A DNA stretch of 64,000 nt from an uncultured Azospirillaceae bacterium (GTDB lineage: Bacteria; Pseudomonadota; Alphaproteobacteria; RF32; CAG-239). The first letter of the stretch is position 1. The number at the start of each line of letters is the position of its first letter. The translations under genes were made by a program, and so were the position numbers. Under the pieces are notes generated by a model. The model saw only the letters and a program-made list of their open reading frames with translations, did not search any database and had not been told where the DNA came from. The stretch lies in contig CAZZNV010000004.1 of the NCBI GenBank assembly GCA_964655915.1, positions 18,664-82,663 of the forward strand. Direction: 5' to 3'. Below are positions 54,601 through 64,000 of this stretch, in pieces.

Positions 54601-56523
54601 TTAGGATCGTACAGCAAAATAATACTGAAATTCAACATCAACCCCATCCACGTTAATTGAACCACTTGGCTCATGATCTTGATCCCAGAATTTAGTACCT
54701 TGATTGACGTTCTTGTGAGATGTCTCTATACAATTACTTTGCTTCCAAGTCTCAAAATTATCACCGTAACAGCATTTGAAGGCGGTATAACCCAATTGGG
54801 TAGATGAACACCCATTACTGAGGGTAATCTCTGTTCGGGCGCTGTTATCATTCATGGATGCACTCAGATGGTCTGTCTGGGTGGCTATGTAATAACTATT
54901 ACCATAAGTAAAATACATATTAGGCACAGTGATATCAAAACTATGGTTATCTCTAAATGCTGCCAGAGATGCCTTCTGATCGGCAGTATATTCGGAAACA
55001 TCCCACCACTCAAATTCGAATTTCATAGGAATTATTGTAGTGTTGTTTCCACCATTACGAGCAGCGCCTTGATTAAGATAACCCTTAACAACAAGATGAG
55101 GGTTAATACAGCCTTTGACGCAAGATTGTCCGTTATAATTATATGATTTACCATACTGACCAACGGGGCACTTATCTAAATATCCGCCTGTTGCACAAGT
55201 TGCATTTGACTTACAATCCTTGTAACAGGTTAACCCGCTCCTCGGTGTGACAGGTGTACAGGTTTGCCCACTGGGGATGGTTGTTTTGTAAGAACTGTTA
55301 TAATCTGTACAGGTTTTCAAAGTACAACCCTTGTAGCATGTCAAACCGCTTCTTGGTGTAACAGATGTACATTTGTAGTCTGTTGGAATAGAAGTCTTGT
55401 AGGAGCTATTATAATCTGTACAGGTTTTCAGAGTACAACCTATATAGCATTTCTTTCCACCATAGCTAATGGGGCTGCTGGTTGGCTTGTAGTCTTCACT
55501 GCAATTCTCAACATACCCACCTTCAGAACAACTCTTCTGTACACACTTTTTGCATACCTTACCTGCTGAATAATATTGGGTATTTTCTAACTTATAGCCT
55601 GTTGAGCAGGTTTTATTTGTAGATTGTCCTTCCGGACATGGCGTCACAGTACATTTTCCGTCAGTTGAATAGCCTGCTGTCCACTCGGTTACCTTATAAC
55701 GGGTCACCAAATTACTACCGCAACCGGTCGAACAACTATCTGCAGATCTAGCACAAGTCGGCGGAGTAGAATAAGGATAATTACTTGCCGTACAACTTGC
55801 ATCATTGTTCAGACAAAGACATCGACAACATTCGGAAGTAGGACACTCTCTTGTCGGAGCAGTGTTTGGACAAGAAGGTATATTTGCATATCCGTTAAGA
55901 CAACATGTTCCATTCGCCTGCCTGTTATAACCGCTTTTACAACCGGTTTGCTTATATTTACCCTCACACACATCGCATAGAGCACCATACGGACATGACG
56001 ATAAAGTAAAATCAGAACCGCAACCGCAATCGGAATAATAAGTTCCACTCGGTGCTGATGACGGAGCCATCATAGACACCTCACTAACAGTCGCTTTCGC
56101 ACCGACCGTCGCGCTGGTCAGCTTTTTGCAACTCGTACCTCCGATAAGCTTGGGAGATGTACAGTTGCCTTTGTGATAGGTAAACAAATCCATGTTACAA
56201 TCACAAGCTTTATAACAAGTAACTCCCGGTGCGGGTTGAGTTTTACCGACACCAACCGTGCCGCTTGGACATTCGCTGAAATAGTTTCCGTATGAGGCGC
56301 AGGTCTTGGTATTTCCTCCGCCGTTTGATTGAGAGGTGCGACCTGTTAAAGCAGCCTGATAATCCGGCAAGAAATGTGATCTCGCCAGTTTATAAGCTCC
56401 GTCTTGCGACGGTTCGGAAAGCATTATCTCCTCACTTAATAAACCCGTGTTAATTTCCAATGTTTTGGCGTTTGCGCTATAAGCCGCAACAGCCGAACAA
56501 ACGACTACTAATAATTTTAACAT
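54601..56523 (-). CDS. Secreted cysteine-rich tandem-repeat protein (paralogue 2)
   Basis: Trimmed to MLKLLVVVCSAVAAYSANA|KT (GAGGTG RBS). Two 37-aa repeats CTLKTCTDYNSSYKT.IP....CT.VTPRSGLTCYK. The region ...CKKCVQKSCSEGGYVENCSEDYKP...CYKDCK aligns with paralogue 1. Confidence 0.8.
   Translation of the reverse strand: MLKLLVVVCSAVAAYSANAKTLEINTGLLSEEIMLSEPSQDGAYKLARSHFLPDYQAALTGRTSQSNGGGNTKTCASYGNYFSECPSGTVGVGKTQPAPGVTCYKACDCNMDLFTYHKGNCTSPKLIGGTSCKKLTSATVGAKATVSEVSMMAPSSAPSGTYYSDCGCGSDFTLSSCPYGALCDVCEGKYKQTGCKSGYNRQANGTCCLNGYANIPSCPNTAPTRECPTSECCRCLCLNNDASCTASNYPYSTPPTCARSADSCSTGCGSNLVTRYKVTEWTAGYSTDGKCTVTPCPEGQSTNKTCSTGYKLENTQYYSAGKVCKKCVQKSCSEGGYVENCSEDYKPTSSPISYGGKKCYIGCTLKTCTDYNSSYKTSIPTDYKCTSVTPRSGLTCYKGCTLKTCTDYNSSYKTTIPSGQTCTPVTPRSGLTCYKDCKSNATCATGGYLDKCPVGQYGKSYNYNGQSCVKGCINPHLVVKGYLNQGAARNGGNNTTIIPMKFEFEWWDVSEYTADQKASLAAFRDNHSFDITVPNMYFTYGNSYYIATQTDHLSASMNDNSARTEITLSNGCSSTQLGYTAFKCCYGDNFETWKQSNCIETSHKNVNQGTKFWDQDHEPSGSINVDGVDVEFQYYFAVRS
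55250..55480 (-). repeat. Intragenic tandem repeat, 111-bp period, 2 copies
   Basis: TTATAATCTGTACAGGTTTTCA(A/G)AGTACAACC at about 55298 and about 55409. Confidence 0.75.
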
Positions 56524-56556
56524 GTCGCACCTCATTTGTGTTTTGAAACATCTTTT

Positions 56557-56585
56557 ATTGTAATCTACATTTTGCAACGTGTCAA
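56557..56585 (-). promoter_or_regulatory. Sigma-70-type promoter TTGACA-N17-TACAAT for paralogue 2
   Basis: Minus strand reads TTGACACGTTGCAAAATGTAGATTACAAT. Paralogue 1 has TTGACACATTATAAAATGTAAGTTACAAT. Confidence 0.6.
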
Positions 56586-56634
56586 CAATACATTACACCG
56601 GTGCGACAAAAATTTGATGGATTACGACATAACT

Positions 56635-56666
56635 AAAAAAGCACCAAATTCTCTTGGTGCTTTTTT
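56635..56666. terminator. Hairpin terminator (GCACCAA-ATTCTC-TTGGTGC plus T6) downstream of aas
   Basis: 7-bp stem flanked by A6 and T6. Confidence 0.6.
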
Positions 56667-56683
56667 AGAAAAAGGGAAACAGA

Positions 56684-59023
56684 TTAGTTGTTCGCTAAGC
56701 GTTCCAAAACCTGTTTCTTTAAGGTTACATTGTCGGCTTTACCCGTGGCGAAGACCGGCAGACTCTCCTGATAGAGGATAATCCTCGGTAAGTAGAGTTC
56801 CGACATTCCGTTAGCACGAATATAGTTGTGAAGACAGTCTTGTGTTACCTCTTTATTATTGGTAACAAGGACAATCTGTTCGCCTTTGCTTTCGTGCGGA
56901 ATAGCAACAATGCCGTAAGAATATTCGGCACCGCTTTTTTCATAAGCCATACGAACCATCTCGTCAACAGCGTTCAGAGAAACCATTTCGCCACCGATTT
57001 TTGCAAAGCGTTTAATGCGGTCTTTAATGTAAACAAAGCCGATTTCATCAATTTCAACAACATCTCCGGTATGATACCAGTTGTCTTTCAGAGGTACCAA
57101 AACCCCCGGATTGTCAGGCATAATATATCCCATCATGATATTGGGGCCTTTAACAACAAGCTCACCGCCTTTTTCAATGCCAGGAACCGGTTCAATTTTA
57201 TGCTGGATTTTGGGTAAAAGCTTTCCGATGGAGCCGAAACGATTGAAAATTCGATTGTTTGCGGTTAGAACCGGAGAACATTCCGTTGATCCATAAGCTT
57301 CCATAACACGAATTCCCATGCGTTCTGCCCACATATTACGGGTATCCGGTTTAATGGCTTCTGCGCCGCCAAACATAAAACGAATGTTGTGGAAGTCTAT
57401 CGGGTGAGCAATTTTTCCATAGCCACGGAAAAACGTGTCTGTACCAAACATAATGGTAGCGCCGATTTCATAAACAATTTCAGCGATGACACGATAGTGC
57501 AGGGGAGACGGGTATAAAAACAGCTTTCCCCCTTCAAACAACGGGAATAATGTGCCCACGGTCAAACCAAAGCTATGGAACATCGGCAAAGCATTAAACA
57601 CGGTGTCTGTTATGTTGATTGTCTCAATCGTGGACAATTGTTTGATGTTAGAGATAATGTTTGCATGGCTTAAAACAACCGCTTTCGGGGCACCTTCGGA
57701 ACCGGAAGTGAACAAGATAACAGCCTTTTTGTCACCGCCTTCCTTGTGAGGGATACGCTTGATTTTGTAGCGCAAAAAAGCGTTGATTTTGTGCCAAAGG
57801 CTGATTTTGTGGCGCAAGTCTTCCAAATAGTGAATTTCAAGGCCGCATTTTTCCATTTCTTCCACCACGTTTTCCATTTTGGCATTGCGAATGAACAAAC
57901 GCGAAGTGATAACTTTTTTGACGACGGCGGTTCTGCACATGGAAACCATATTTTTGGCGCCGACCGAAAAGTTAAGCATAACAGGAATGCGGTCATACGC
58001 CGACAAACCGAAAAACGTGCAAAGAGTTGCTATGGAGTTCGGCAAAAACAACGCGACGGGTTCTTCCGGTTGGGTTAATTTTTTGAAGTATTTGCCCAAA
58101 ACGAAAGATTTTATGATGATGTCTTTATAGGAATTAGGCTGGCGGTTAATATCCTCAACAAAAGCCGGACGATGGAAAAAACCTCTTTTGGAGTGGACTT
58201 TTGCCGTTTTCATCAATTGGGCAAAAAGAGAAATGTTGTCATTGTATGATGCCTCAAAACTCATTTCCCGCATAATCATGTAAACTTCATTGCTGATGTG
58301 GTCACGCTGGCGGCGTAACTCATCTTTCAATTTGAATTTTACGGGTTTTTTGACCGTGATACGGATTTTGGGGAGCGGGCGGTGCGGTAATTTTCCTTTA
58401 GTTTTGGAAAAATATCCGTACTGCGGGCCGCTTATCCAGACCGGAATAATCGGGGCTTGAGATTTATCCGCCAACAAGCCGGGGGCTTCGTAAATTTTCA
58501 TCAGGCCGCCGTTTTCGGTGATACGTCCTTCCGCAAAGATGACACAACGGCGTCCGCTGTCAATTTTGGCGATTAATTCTTTCAAATCTCCGGGTTCAAT
58601 CGGATTAAACGGCATAATGTCTGCTGTTTTCATTAAAAAGCGTATCCATTTGCTGCGATACAAATGTCCGTTCAGAACAAATACGGGGTTTCCCGGAAGA
58701 AACGCAAACAATAAAATAGGGTCAAGGTAGGAAACATGGTTTGATACATAGACGGCCTTGGCCGGAAGTTTTTTTTCATCAAAGGCTATATTACAACGAG
58801 TTTTGAAACAAGTGAAAAAAGCCCTGAGGCAAAATCTGACAAAGTCTCTCAAGATAAATCTCCGAGTAGTTACAACATAATTTAAATTTTTACTCCAAAA
58901 ATTAATGCTTTGTAAAGATTTAAGGTGAGGGAAGCCGGATAGTCTTCTGTAACAATCTGTAATATTTTGAAAAACATAGAATTTTATGCCATTTTGCAAT
59001 GGGGATAAAATCGCGCTTGTCAA
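56684..59023 (-). CDS. aas: Bifunctional 2-acylglycerophosphoethanolamine acyltransferase / acyl-ACP synthetase (Aas): PlsC-type acyltransferase plus AMP-binding domain
   Basis: N-terminal HVSYLDP (H(x)4D acyltransferase box); C-terminal TSGSEGAPKAVVLSH adenylation motif. The only in-frame start is TTG 59023. Confidence 0.75.
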   Translation of the reverse strand: MTSAILSPLQNGIKFYVFQNITDCYRRLSGFPHLKSLQSINFWSKNLNYVVTTRRFILRDFVRFCLRAFFTCFKTRCNIAFDEKKLPAKAVYVSNHVSYLDPILLFAFLPGNPVFVLNGHLYRSKWIRFLMKTADIMPFNPIEPGDLKELIAKIDSGRRCVIFAEGRITENGGLMKIYEAPGLLADKSQAPIIPVWISGPQYGYFSKTKGKLPHRPLPKIRITVKKPVKFKLKDELRRQRDHISNEVYMIMREMSFEASYNDNISLFAQLMKTAKVHSKRGFFHRPAFVEDINRQPNSYKDIIIKSFVLGKYFKKLTQPEEPVALFLPNSIATLCTFFGLSAYDRIPVMLNFSVGAKNMVSMCRTAVVKKVITSRLFIRNAKMENVVEEMEKCGLEIHYLEDLRHKISLWHKINAFLRYKIKRIPHKEGGDKKAVILFTSGSEGAPKAVVLSHANIISNIKQLSTIETINITDTVFNALPMFHSFGLTVGTLFPLFEGGKLFLYPSPLHYRVIAEIVYEIGATIMFGTDTFFRGYGKIAHPIDFHNIRFMFGGAEAIKPDTRNMWAERMGIRVMEAYGSTECSPVLTANNRIFNRFGSIGKLLPKIQHKIEPVPGIEKGGELVVKGPNIMMGYIMPDNPGVLVPLKDNWYHTGDVVEIDEIGFVYIKDRIKRFAKIGGEMVSLNAVDEMVRMAYEKSGAEYSYGIVAIPHESKGEQIVLVTNNKEVTQDCLHNYIRANGMSELYLPRIILYQESLPVFATGKADNVTLKKQVLERLANN

Positions 59024-59077
59024 TCTATTGGTTATTTGTTATTAGTCAATAAGTATTAGTGGTTGAGGATAGGTCAG

Positions 59078-59713
59078 GTGAAAAAAGATTCTAAAAACGA
59101 GCTTTTGTACAGCGCTTTTTGCGAGTTTGCCAAAAATGGCTTTTTTGGGGCGACAACGCGTGATATTGCCAGCCGCGCCGGTGCCAATATCTCCTCAATA
59201 TTATATTATTTCGGCGGTAAAAAAGGGATTTATACCGCGGCGCTGGAAAGTATTGTCGACGCCGTTAATAAGGAAACCGCTGCGCTGGTAACGGAATATG
59301 ACCGAGTGATGAAAGATAAAGACAGCGTCGAGGCGAGGGATGTTCTGAAAAAATTTACCAAGGCGTTTCTTTATTTGAGCTGCGGTGATACGCTTTCTGA
59401 GGATATGAAGGCCGTTTTTTTGAGTGAATATTTTAAGCCGACCGAAGATTTCAGTATTCTTTATGAAGGGCTGATTTTGCCTTTTTATCAAAAAATGGCG
59501 AATTTGTTGGAATTGTCCAGCGGCGGCAAGATCTCAATGAAGGATGCTTATTTATATATGTTTCCGTTTTTTGCACAGATGTTTGTGTTTAGCTCCAGAC
59601 AGGAAAGTATTTGCAAATTTATGGAATGGAAAAGCTATGATGAGCCCGAAAAGCAAAAGCTTTTGGACTATATGTATCATCAGGTTGATTTTCTGATTGA
59701 CGGGCGAAAATAG
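59078..59713 (+). CDS. TetR/AcrR-family transcriptional regulator, divergent from aas
   Basis: GTG start (GAGGATAGG RBS). MKKDSKNELLYSAFCEFAKNGFFGATTRDIASRAGANISSILYYF is the TetR HTH. Confidence 0.75.
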   Translation: MKKDSKNELLYSAFCEFAKNGFFGATTRDIASRAGANISSILYYFGGKKGIYTAALESIVDAVNKETAALVTEYDRVMKDKDSVEARDVLKKFTKAFLYLSCGDTLSEDMKAVFLSEYFKPTEDFSILYEGLILPFYQKMANLLELSSGGKISMKDAYLYMFPFFAQMFVFSSRQESICKFMEWKSYDEPEKQKLLDYMYHQVDFLIDGRK

Positions 59714-59807
59714 CTTTTGGGAAAAAATAAATCAATCAATTGATTGACTTTTTGTTTTTTTTAGGTACTGTGGTTATGTTCGTATTAACTACAGAAGAGA
59801 CTTTTTT

Positions 59808-61073
59808 ATGAAAAAAATTCTTACATTGACTGCGTTAGGCACAATTTTAATGGCTTCTAACGCTATGGCTGCCGGTTTTCACTTGCGTGAACAATCAGCC
59901 GCTGCTCAGGGTAACGCTTTTGCCGGTGCTACTGCCGGTGCTGAAAACGGTTCGTATGCTTATTATAACGTTGCGGGTTTGACTCGTCAGAAGGGAACAC
60001 AGGTTAACGCTGGTGTGACTTATATTGCACCACGTGCAGAGGCTTCTGAAGTTAAAGATGCCGCAGGAACGTCCCAACTTGATGTTGATAATATAGTACA
60101 TGCCGCTTGGGCGCCAAACGGTACTGTTTCTTACCAGTTAGATGATAAAACAACATTCGGTATGGCTTTGAATGTTCCGTTCGGAATGATTACAAAATAT
60201 GATTCCCGTTGGGCCGGTTCTGACCACGGAAACCTTTCTAAGGTGACAGCAATTGATATGACACCGATGGTGGCTTACAAAGTTGATGATAAGTTGTCTG
60301 TCGGTGCCGGCTTACCGATTCAATATGTTAAAGCTCGTCTGACGAACAGTTCTTCAGCCGCTGATGCAGATGATGTTAAGTTGGAAGGTGATACGGTTGA
60401 TGTGGGTTATCAGTTGGGCGCAATGTATGAATTTAACGATAAAGCCCGTGTCGGTATGGGATACCGTAGCGAGATTCGCCACAAGCTGAAAGGTGAAATC
60501 GAGGCTCCGTCTAAGCAAGGACATCCTGTTTTTGGTCCTTTGTTAAACCAAGATATTCATGCTAAGTTAAATACACCAGCAATGTTTTCATTGGGTGGCT
60601 TTTATAAGCTGAACGATAAATGGGAACTTATGGCAGAATATCAACGCGTTTTCTGGAGTTCGTTTGAATCTTTGGACATTTATGGTACGGGAGCTAAGCA
60701 TCCTCTAACGGGTGATTTGATTTCTTCCACTAAAGAAAATTGGCGCGATACCAATTTTTATGCCGTTGGTGCAAGTTATCAGCTTGACCCTCAGTGGAAA
60801 GCGCGTTTCGGTGTTGCTTTTGACGAAGCGGCCGTAACCATTTCTGACAGAACACCCCGTATTCCGGATTCTGATCGTATTTGGTTTTCCGGTGGTTTGA
60901 ACTATCAATATAGTGAGAATTTGAGCTTTGATGTGGCCTATACTTATATCAAGGCCAAAAAAGCGACGGTTGATACTTCTTTGACGGGAAACAAAGACAA
61001 CGGTAAGAATTTCTCAGCCGAGTATTCAAATTCTGTTAAACTTTGGGGCTTGTCGCTCAATTACAAGTTCTAA
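59808..61073 (+). CDS. fadL: Outer-membrane long-chain fatty-acid transporter, FadL/OmpP1/TodX family
   Basis: Signal peptide plus AAGFHLREQSAAAQGNAFAGATAG (the FadL N-terminal hatch motif); C-terminal beta-barrel ending ...LSLNYKF. Confidence 0.8.
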   Translation: MKKILTLTALGTILMASNAMAAGFHLREQSAAAQGNAFAGATAGAENGSYAYYNVAGLTRQKGTQVNAGVTYIAPRAEASEVKDAAGTSQLDVDNIVHAAWAPNGTVSYQLDDKTTFGMALNVPFGMITKYDSRWAGSDHGNLSKVTAIDMTPMVAYKVDDKLSVGAGLPIQYVKARLTNSSSAADADDVKLEGDTVDVGYQLGAMYEFNDKARVGMGYRSEIRHKLKGEIEAPSKQGHPVFGPLLNQDIHAKLNTPAMFSLGGFYKLNDKWELMAEYQRVFWSSFESLDIYGTGAKHPLTGDLISSTKENWRDTNFYAVGASYQLDPQWKARFGVAFDEAAVTISDRTPRIPDSDRIWFSGGLNYQYSENLSFDVAYTYIKAKKATVDTSLTGNKDNGKNFSAEYSNSVKLWGLSLNYKF

Positions 61074-61089
61074 TCGTTTAATAGAAAAG

Positions 61090-61125
61090 AAAAATCTCCG
61101 TTTCTTAGGGACGGAGATTTTTTTG
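61090..61125 (+). terminator. Terminator (AATCTCCGT-TTCTTAGGG-ACGGAGATT plus T8)
   Basis: 9-bp stem. Confidence 0.7.
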
Positions 61126-61183
61126 TTGCTAAAACAATGATGAACTGTTATAATGACAAAAACTCGACAAAACGGAGGCGCCC

Positions 61184-62431
61184 GTGGAAGAGCGACAGAA
61201 CAGGCAGGCAAATGCATTTGTTGATTTAATAGTTCATTATTGCCGGAACAAAGAACTTGATGAAAACTATCAAGTGGCGGGGAGTACTTTGCGGCACTTT
61301 TTGGATAGAGAGCAACTTCCGGCTGTTGAAGGGGGCGAGTATATACGTTTGGAAACCGGATTGATTAACTCCATAAACAGTTTTTTGGAAGGGGTGAAAA
61401 ACAAAAAACAGGTGTCGGGAAATGTGCTTTGGAAGATGGTTAAGAGTGTTTCCAGACAGGTGGTTGAGGATCGCCGCGTGCAGGGGCGTTTTCAAAAAGA
61501 TATGTTCCGAATTTTGTCCCTTTTGAATTTGGAGCCTTCGGCAAAAGATAAAATCAATTTTTTGGATTTCATAAATTTTAGGTATAAAACACCGGAGTTT
61601 CGCGCGGCTTATGACATGGCCGGAGCTTTTAAAATTGGCGAAAATCCAGATGATTTTGATTATGAACGGCAACACACGGTCAAGGTTTTCGGGGAGCTTT
61701 TGCGAGAGGCAAAAAAATCTACCGGAAAAGATAAAATAGTTTCGGCAAGAGCGTTTTTAGAGACGGTTGCCGCTAACGGAGATTTGTTGGACGGGGTAGT
61801 TTATGAAGAGGGCGATGAACGTTTTGAAATTGATAAACAAGCCAGACTTCAAATGAAAAAATATATGGAAAAGTCAAAAGATATCTTTTCAGAAAGCTGT
61901 TTGAGTTATTTTTCGGAAGGAAATACTCTTCCACAGCCGCCCGGCAGAGCCTTGCTCGACAAGCCGATTAAGGATTATGCCGTTTTGTTGTTTGACTATG
62001 CCTCTCGTCATTTCGAAAATGAAAATATCCGTACGGATGCTTTGGAAAAATTGTTACTGGAAAACGCGGAGTTTAAAAATAAGCGCAAGAAAAATGAGAG
62101 CCTGTTTCCTGAACTTGTTACGGATAAGGAATTGATAAAAATAGATAAAAATCTTTTGCAAGATATTGCTGAAAAATATGCCTCTTCTTTTTCCATAAGC
62201 GATTGGCAGGCGGAAGAGTTTAATTCAGATTTTCATAAACGTATGACAGGTATGTTATTGCGGCTTACTCAGCAAGCCAAATACACAACGGCTGAAAAAG
62301 AAAAGCTGTGTCAAGCCATGAGGGCACACAATTCAGACAAAGAGATTGCGTGTATGTGTCATGCCATTATGATTGCCGGAGAGAACGGCGGTGTGCCGTT
62401 TTCTAAAAACGCAGGGCTTGACAGACGTTAG
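61184..62431 (+). CDS. Orphan hypothetical protein (415 aa, soluble, Lys/Glu-rich)
   Basis: GTG start in the track; no signal peptide, no TM, no recognisable motif. 3' end overlaps the convergent uvrA stop by 4 nt. Confidence 0.45.
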   Translation: MEERQNRQANAFVDLIVHYCRNKELDENYQVAGSTLRHFLDREQLPAVEGGEYIRLETGLINSINSFLEGVKNKKQVSGNVLWKMVKSVSRQVVEDRRVQGRFQKDMFRILSLLNLEPSAKDKINFLDFINFRYKTPEFRAAYDMAGAFKIGENPDDFDYERQHTVKVFGELLREAKKSTGKDKIVSARAFLETVAANGDLLDGVVYEEGDERFEIDKQARLQMKKYMEKSKDIFSESCLSYFSEGNTLPQPPGRALLDKPIKDYAVLLFDYASRHFENENIRTDALEKLLLENAEFKNKRKKNESLFPELVTDKELIKIDKNLLQDIAEKYASSFSISDWQAEEFNSDFHKRMTGMLLRLTQQAKYTTAEKEKLCQAMRAHNSDKEIACMCHAIMIAGENGGVPFSKNAGLDRR

Positions 62432-64000
62432 AGTTTTGTTTTCAAATATTTTGCCGTATAGCTGTTCGGGCATTCAGCCACTTGTTCGGGCGTGCCTTGA
62501 GCGATAATTTTTCCGCCGCCGTCGCCGCCTTCGGGGCCAATGTCTACAATATAATCTGCGGTTTTAATAACGTCTAAATTATGTTCAATAACAATGATGC
62601 TGTTTCCTTGGTCTACCAGTGTTTGCAAGACTTTGAGCAGGCGATTAATGTCTTCAAAGTGCAATCCGGTAGTCGGTTCATCAAGAATATATAAAGTTTT
62701 TCCCGTGGCGCGTTTGGAGAGTTCTTTGGAAAGCTTTATTCGTTGCGCTTCGCCTCCGGAAAGCGTGGTTGCGGATTGCCCCAGATGGATATAGCCCAAT
62801 CCAACCTTGCGCAGCAAATCAAGGCGGCTACGAATGGAGGGAATGGCTTCAAAAAAGTTGTATGCCTCATCAACGGTCATGTCCAGAACATCGGCAATAG
62901 ATTTATCTTTGTATTTAATCTCCAGAGTTTCGCGATTAAAACGCTTGCCTTTGCAGACATCGCAAGCCACATAAACATCGGGTAAAAAATGCATTTCAAT
63001 TTTGGTGACGCCATCGCCTTTGCAGGCCTCGCATCTTCCGCCGGCAACGTTAAAAGAAAAACGTCCGGCAGTGTAGCCGCGGGCTTTTGCTTCAGGAAGC
63101 CCAGCAAACCACTCGCGAATATAGGTGAACAATCCGGTATAAGTGGCGGGGTTTGAACGAGGCGTGCGCCCGATGGGGGACTGGTCGATATTGATGATTT
63201 TATCAATATTTTCGGCTCCGATAAGCTTGTCGTATTTTCCGGCAGGTTCGCGCGAATTATTAATTTCTTTGTTGAGGGCTTTGCACAAAGTTTCTAAAAT
63301 TAAAGATGATTTTCCACCGCCGGAAACACCGGTTACGCAAGTCATAACTCCCAATGGAATTTTGAGGTTTACGTTTTTCAGGTTGTTGGTTTTGGCACCT
63401 GTAACACCTATAAATTTTCCATTTCCTTTGCGGCGTGTTGCGGGAACGGCGATTTTTCGTTCACCATTTAAGTATTGTGCGGTTAAACTACGGGTTTTCA
63501 GAACATCTTTAACCGTGCCTGAGGCGACGACATTGCCGCCCAATTGACCCGCTCCGGGACCCATATCTACCAGATAATCAGCGGCGCGGATAGCGTCCTC
63601 ATCGTGTTCCACAACAATAACCGTGTTACCAATATCACGCAAACGGGTGAGCGTTTCCAACAGGCGGTCATTGTCGCGCTGGTGGAGGCCGATAGAGGGT
63701 TCGTCCAACACATAAAGCACTTCGGTTAGTCCGGAGCCGATTTGGCTTGCCAATCGAATGCGTTGTGCTTCTCCGCCGGACAGGCTTCCGGACATGCGGG
63801 ATAAGGTTAAATATTCCAGCCCGACATTATTCAAAAAGCTCAGACGTTCACAAATTTCTTTGAGTATTTTAGCCGCTATTTCTTGTTTTTTAGGAGATAA
63901 TGTCGGGCCAATTCCTCTAAACCAAGCGAGTGCTTTTTTGATGGACATGTCAGAAACATCCATGATGTCTAAGCCGCCGATTTTGACGGCTAACGCTTCC
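62428..64000 (-). CDS. uvrA: Excinuclease ABC subunit A, C-terminal 524 aa; the N-terminus lies beyond the window
   Basis: [37 protein letters not shown] (ABC signature 1), [10 protein letters not shown] (second Walker A), CEACKGDG (zinc finger). The frame stays open to position 64000. Confidence 0.9.
   Translation of the reverse strand, partial: EALAVKIGGLDIMDVSDMSIKKALAWFRGIGPTLSPKKQEIAAKILKEICERLSFLNNVGLEYLTLSRMSGSLSGGEAQRIRLASQIGSGLTEVLYVLDEPSIGLHQRDNDRLLETLTRLRDIGNTVIVVEHDEDAIRAADYLVDMGPGAGQLGGNVVASGTVKDVLKTRSLTAQYLNGERKIAVPATRRKGNGKFIGVTGAKTNNLKNVNLKIPLGVMTCVTGVSGGGKSSLILETLCKALNKEINNSREPAGKYDKLIGAENIDKIINIDQSPIGRTPRSNPATYTGLFTYIREWFAGLPEAKARGYTAGRFSFNVAGGRCEACKGDGVTKIEMHFLPDVYVACDVCKGKRFNRETLEIKYKDKSIADVLDMTVDEAYNFFEAIPSIRSRLDLLRKVGLGYIHLGQSATTLSGGEAQRIKLSKELSKRATGKTLYILDEPTTGLHFEDINRLLKVLQTLVDQGNSIIVIEHNLDVIKTADYIVDIGPEGGDGGGKIIAQGTPEQVAECPNSYTAKYLKTKL

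Noticed and set aside
1-64000. CRISPR arrays, IS elements and transposases
   Set aside because: No short direct repeats with regular unique spacers, no transposase-like ORF, and no inverted-repeat-bounded insertion sequence were visible. The only mobile DNA is the prophage-like block.

Overview
Bacterial chromosome segment, about 42% GC by eye. Gene content points to an alphaproteobacterium: a class-III flagellar rod/ring operon flgF-flgG-flgA-flgH behind a sigma-54 promoter, a FlaF-type regulator, and a single LolC/E plus LolD pair. Housekeeping blocks are pfk, rpmI-rplT-pheS-pheT, the dTDP-rhamnose operon rfbACDB with a GT2 gene, mnmA, uvrD, uvrA (partial), and MoxR-DUF58 flanked by TPR proteins.

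Four accessory regions stand out.
- Left edge: a chlamydia-type pyruvoyl arginine decarboxylase (AaxB-like, Thr52-Ser53 self-cleavage site) followed by an APC antiporter that is truncated at the window edge.
- 4.2-6.4 kb and 54.6-56.5 kb: two paralogous secreted, cysteine-rich tandem-repeat proteins. They share near-identical sigma-70 promoters and near-identical 3' terminators, and match no family I recognise. This is the most novel item in the window.
- 25.9-30.8 kb: an unannotated 57-aa, 17-cysteine metallothionein-like ORF next to a CsoR/RcnR-family repressor. It is followed by a glycan-modification block whose right end (28.3-30.8 kb) is AT-rich and sits next to a tRNA-Met gene. The block encodes a GT2-pyruvyltransferase fusion, a GT2, and a LmbE-deacetylase/GNAT fusion.
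- 31.2-47.8 kb: a roughly 16.6-kb prophage-like element with no integrase or replication module. It carries a CI/LexA-type repressor with a repeated operator palindrome, large terminase, a phage GroES homologue, portal, scaffold, capsid, a GNAT, a tail-collar fibre, a Gly-rich fibre, and a holin / GH24 lysozyme / nested spanin cassette.
- Right edge: a divergent aas / tetR-fadL fatty-acid scavenging module and a 415-aa orphan ORF.

There is no CRISPR array, no rRNA, and no transposase. All coordinates for inferred features (starts, promoters, terminators, operators) are read by eye and may be off by 1-2 nt.
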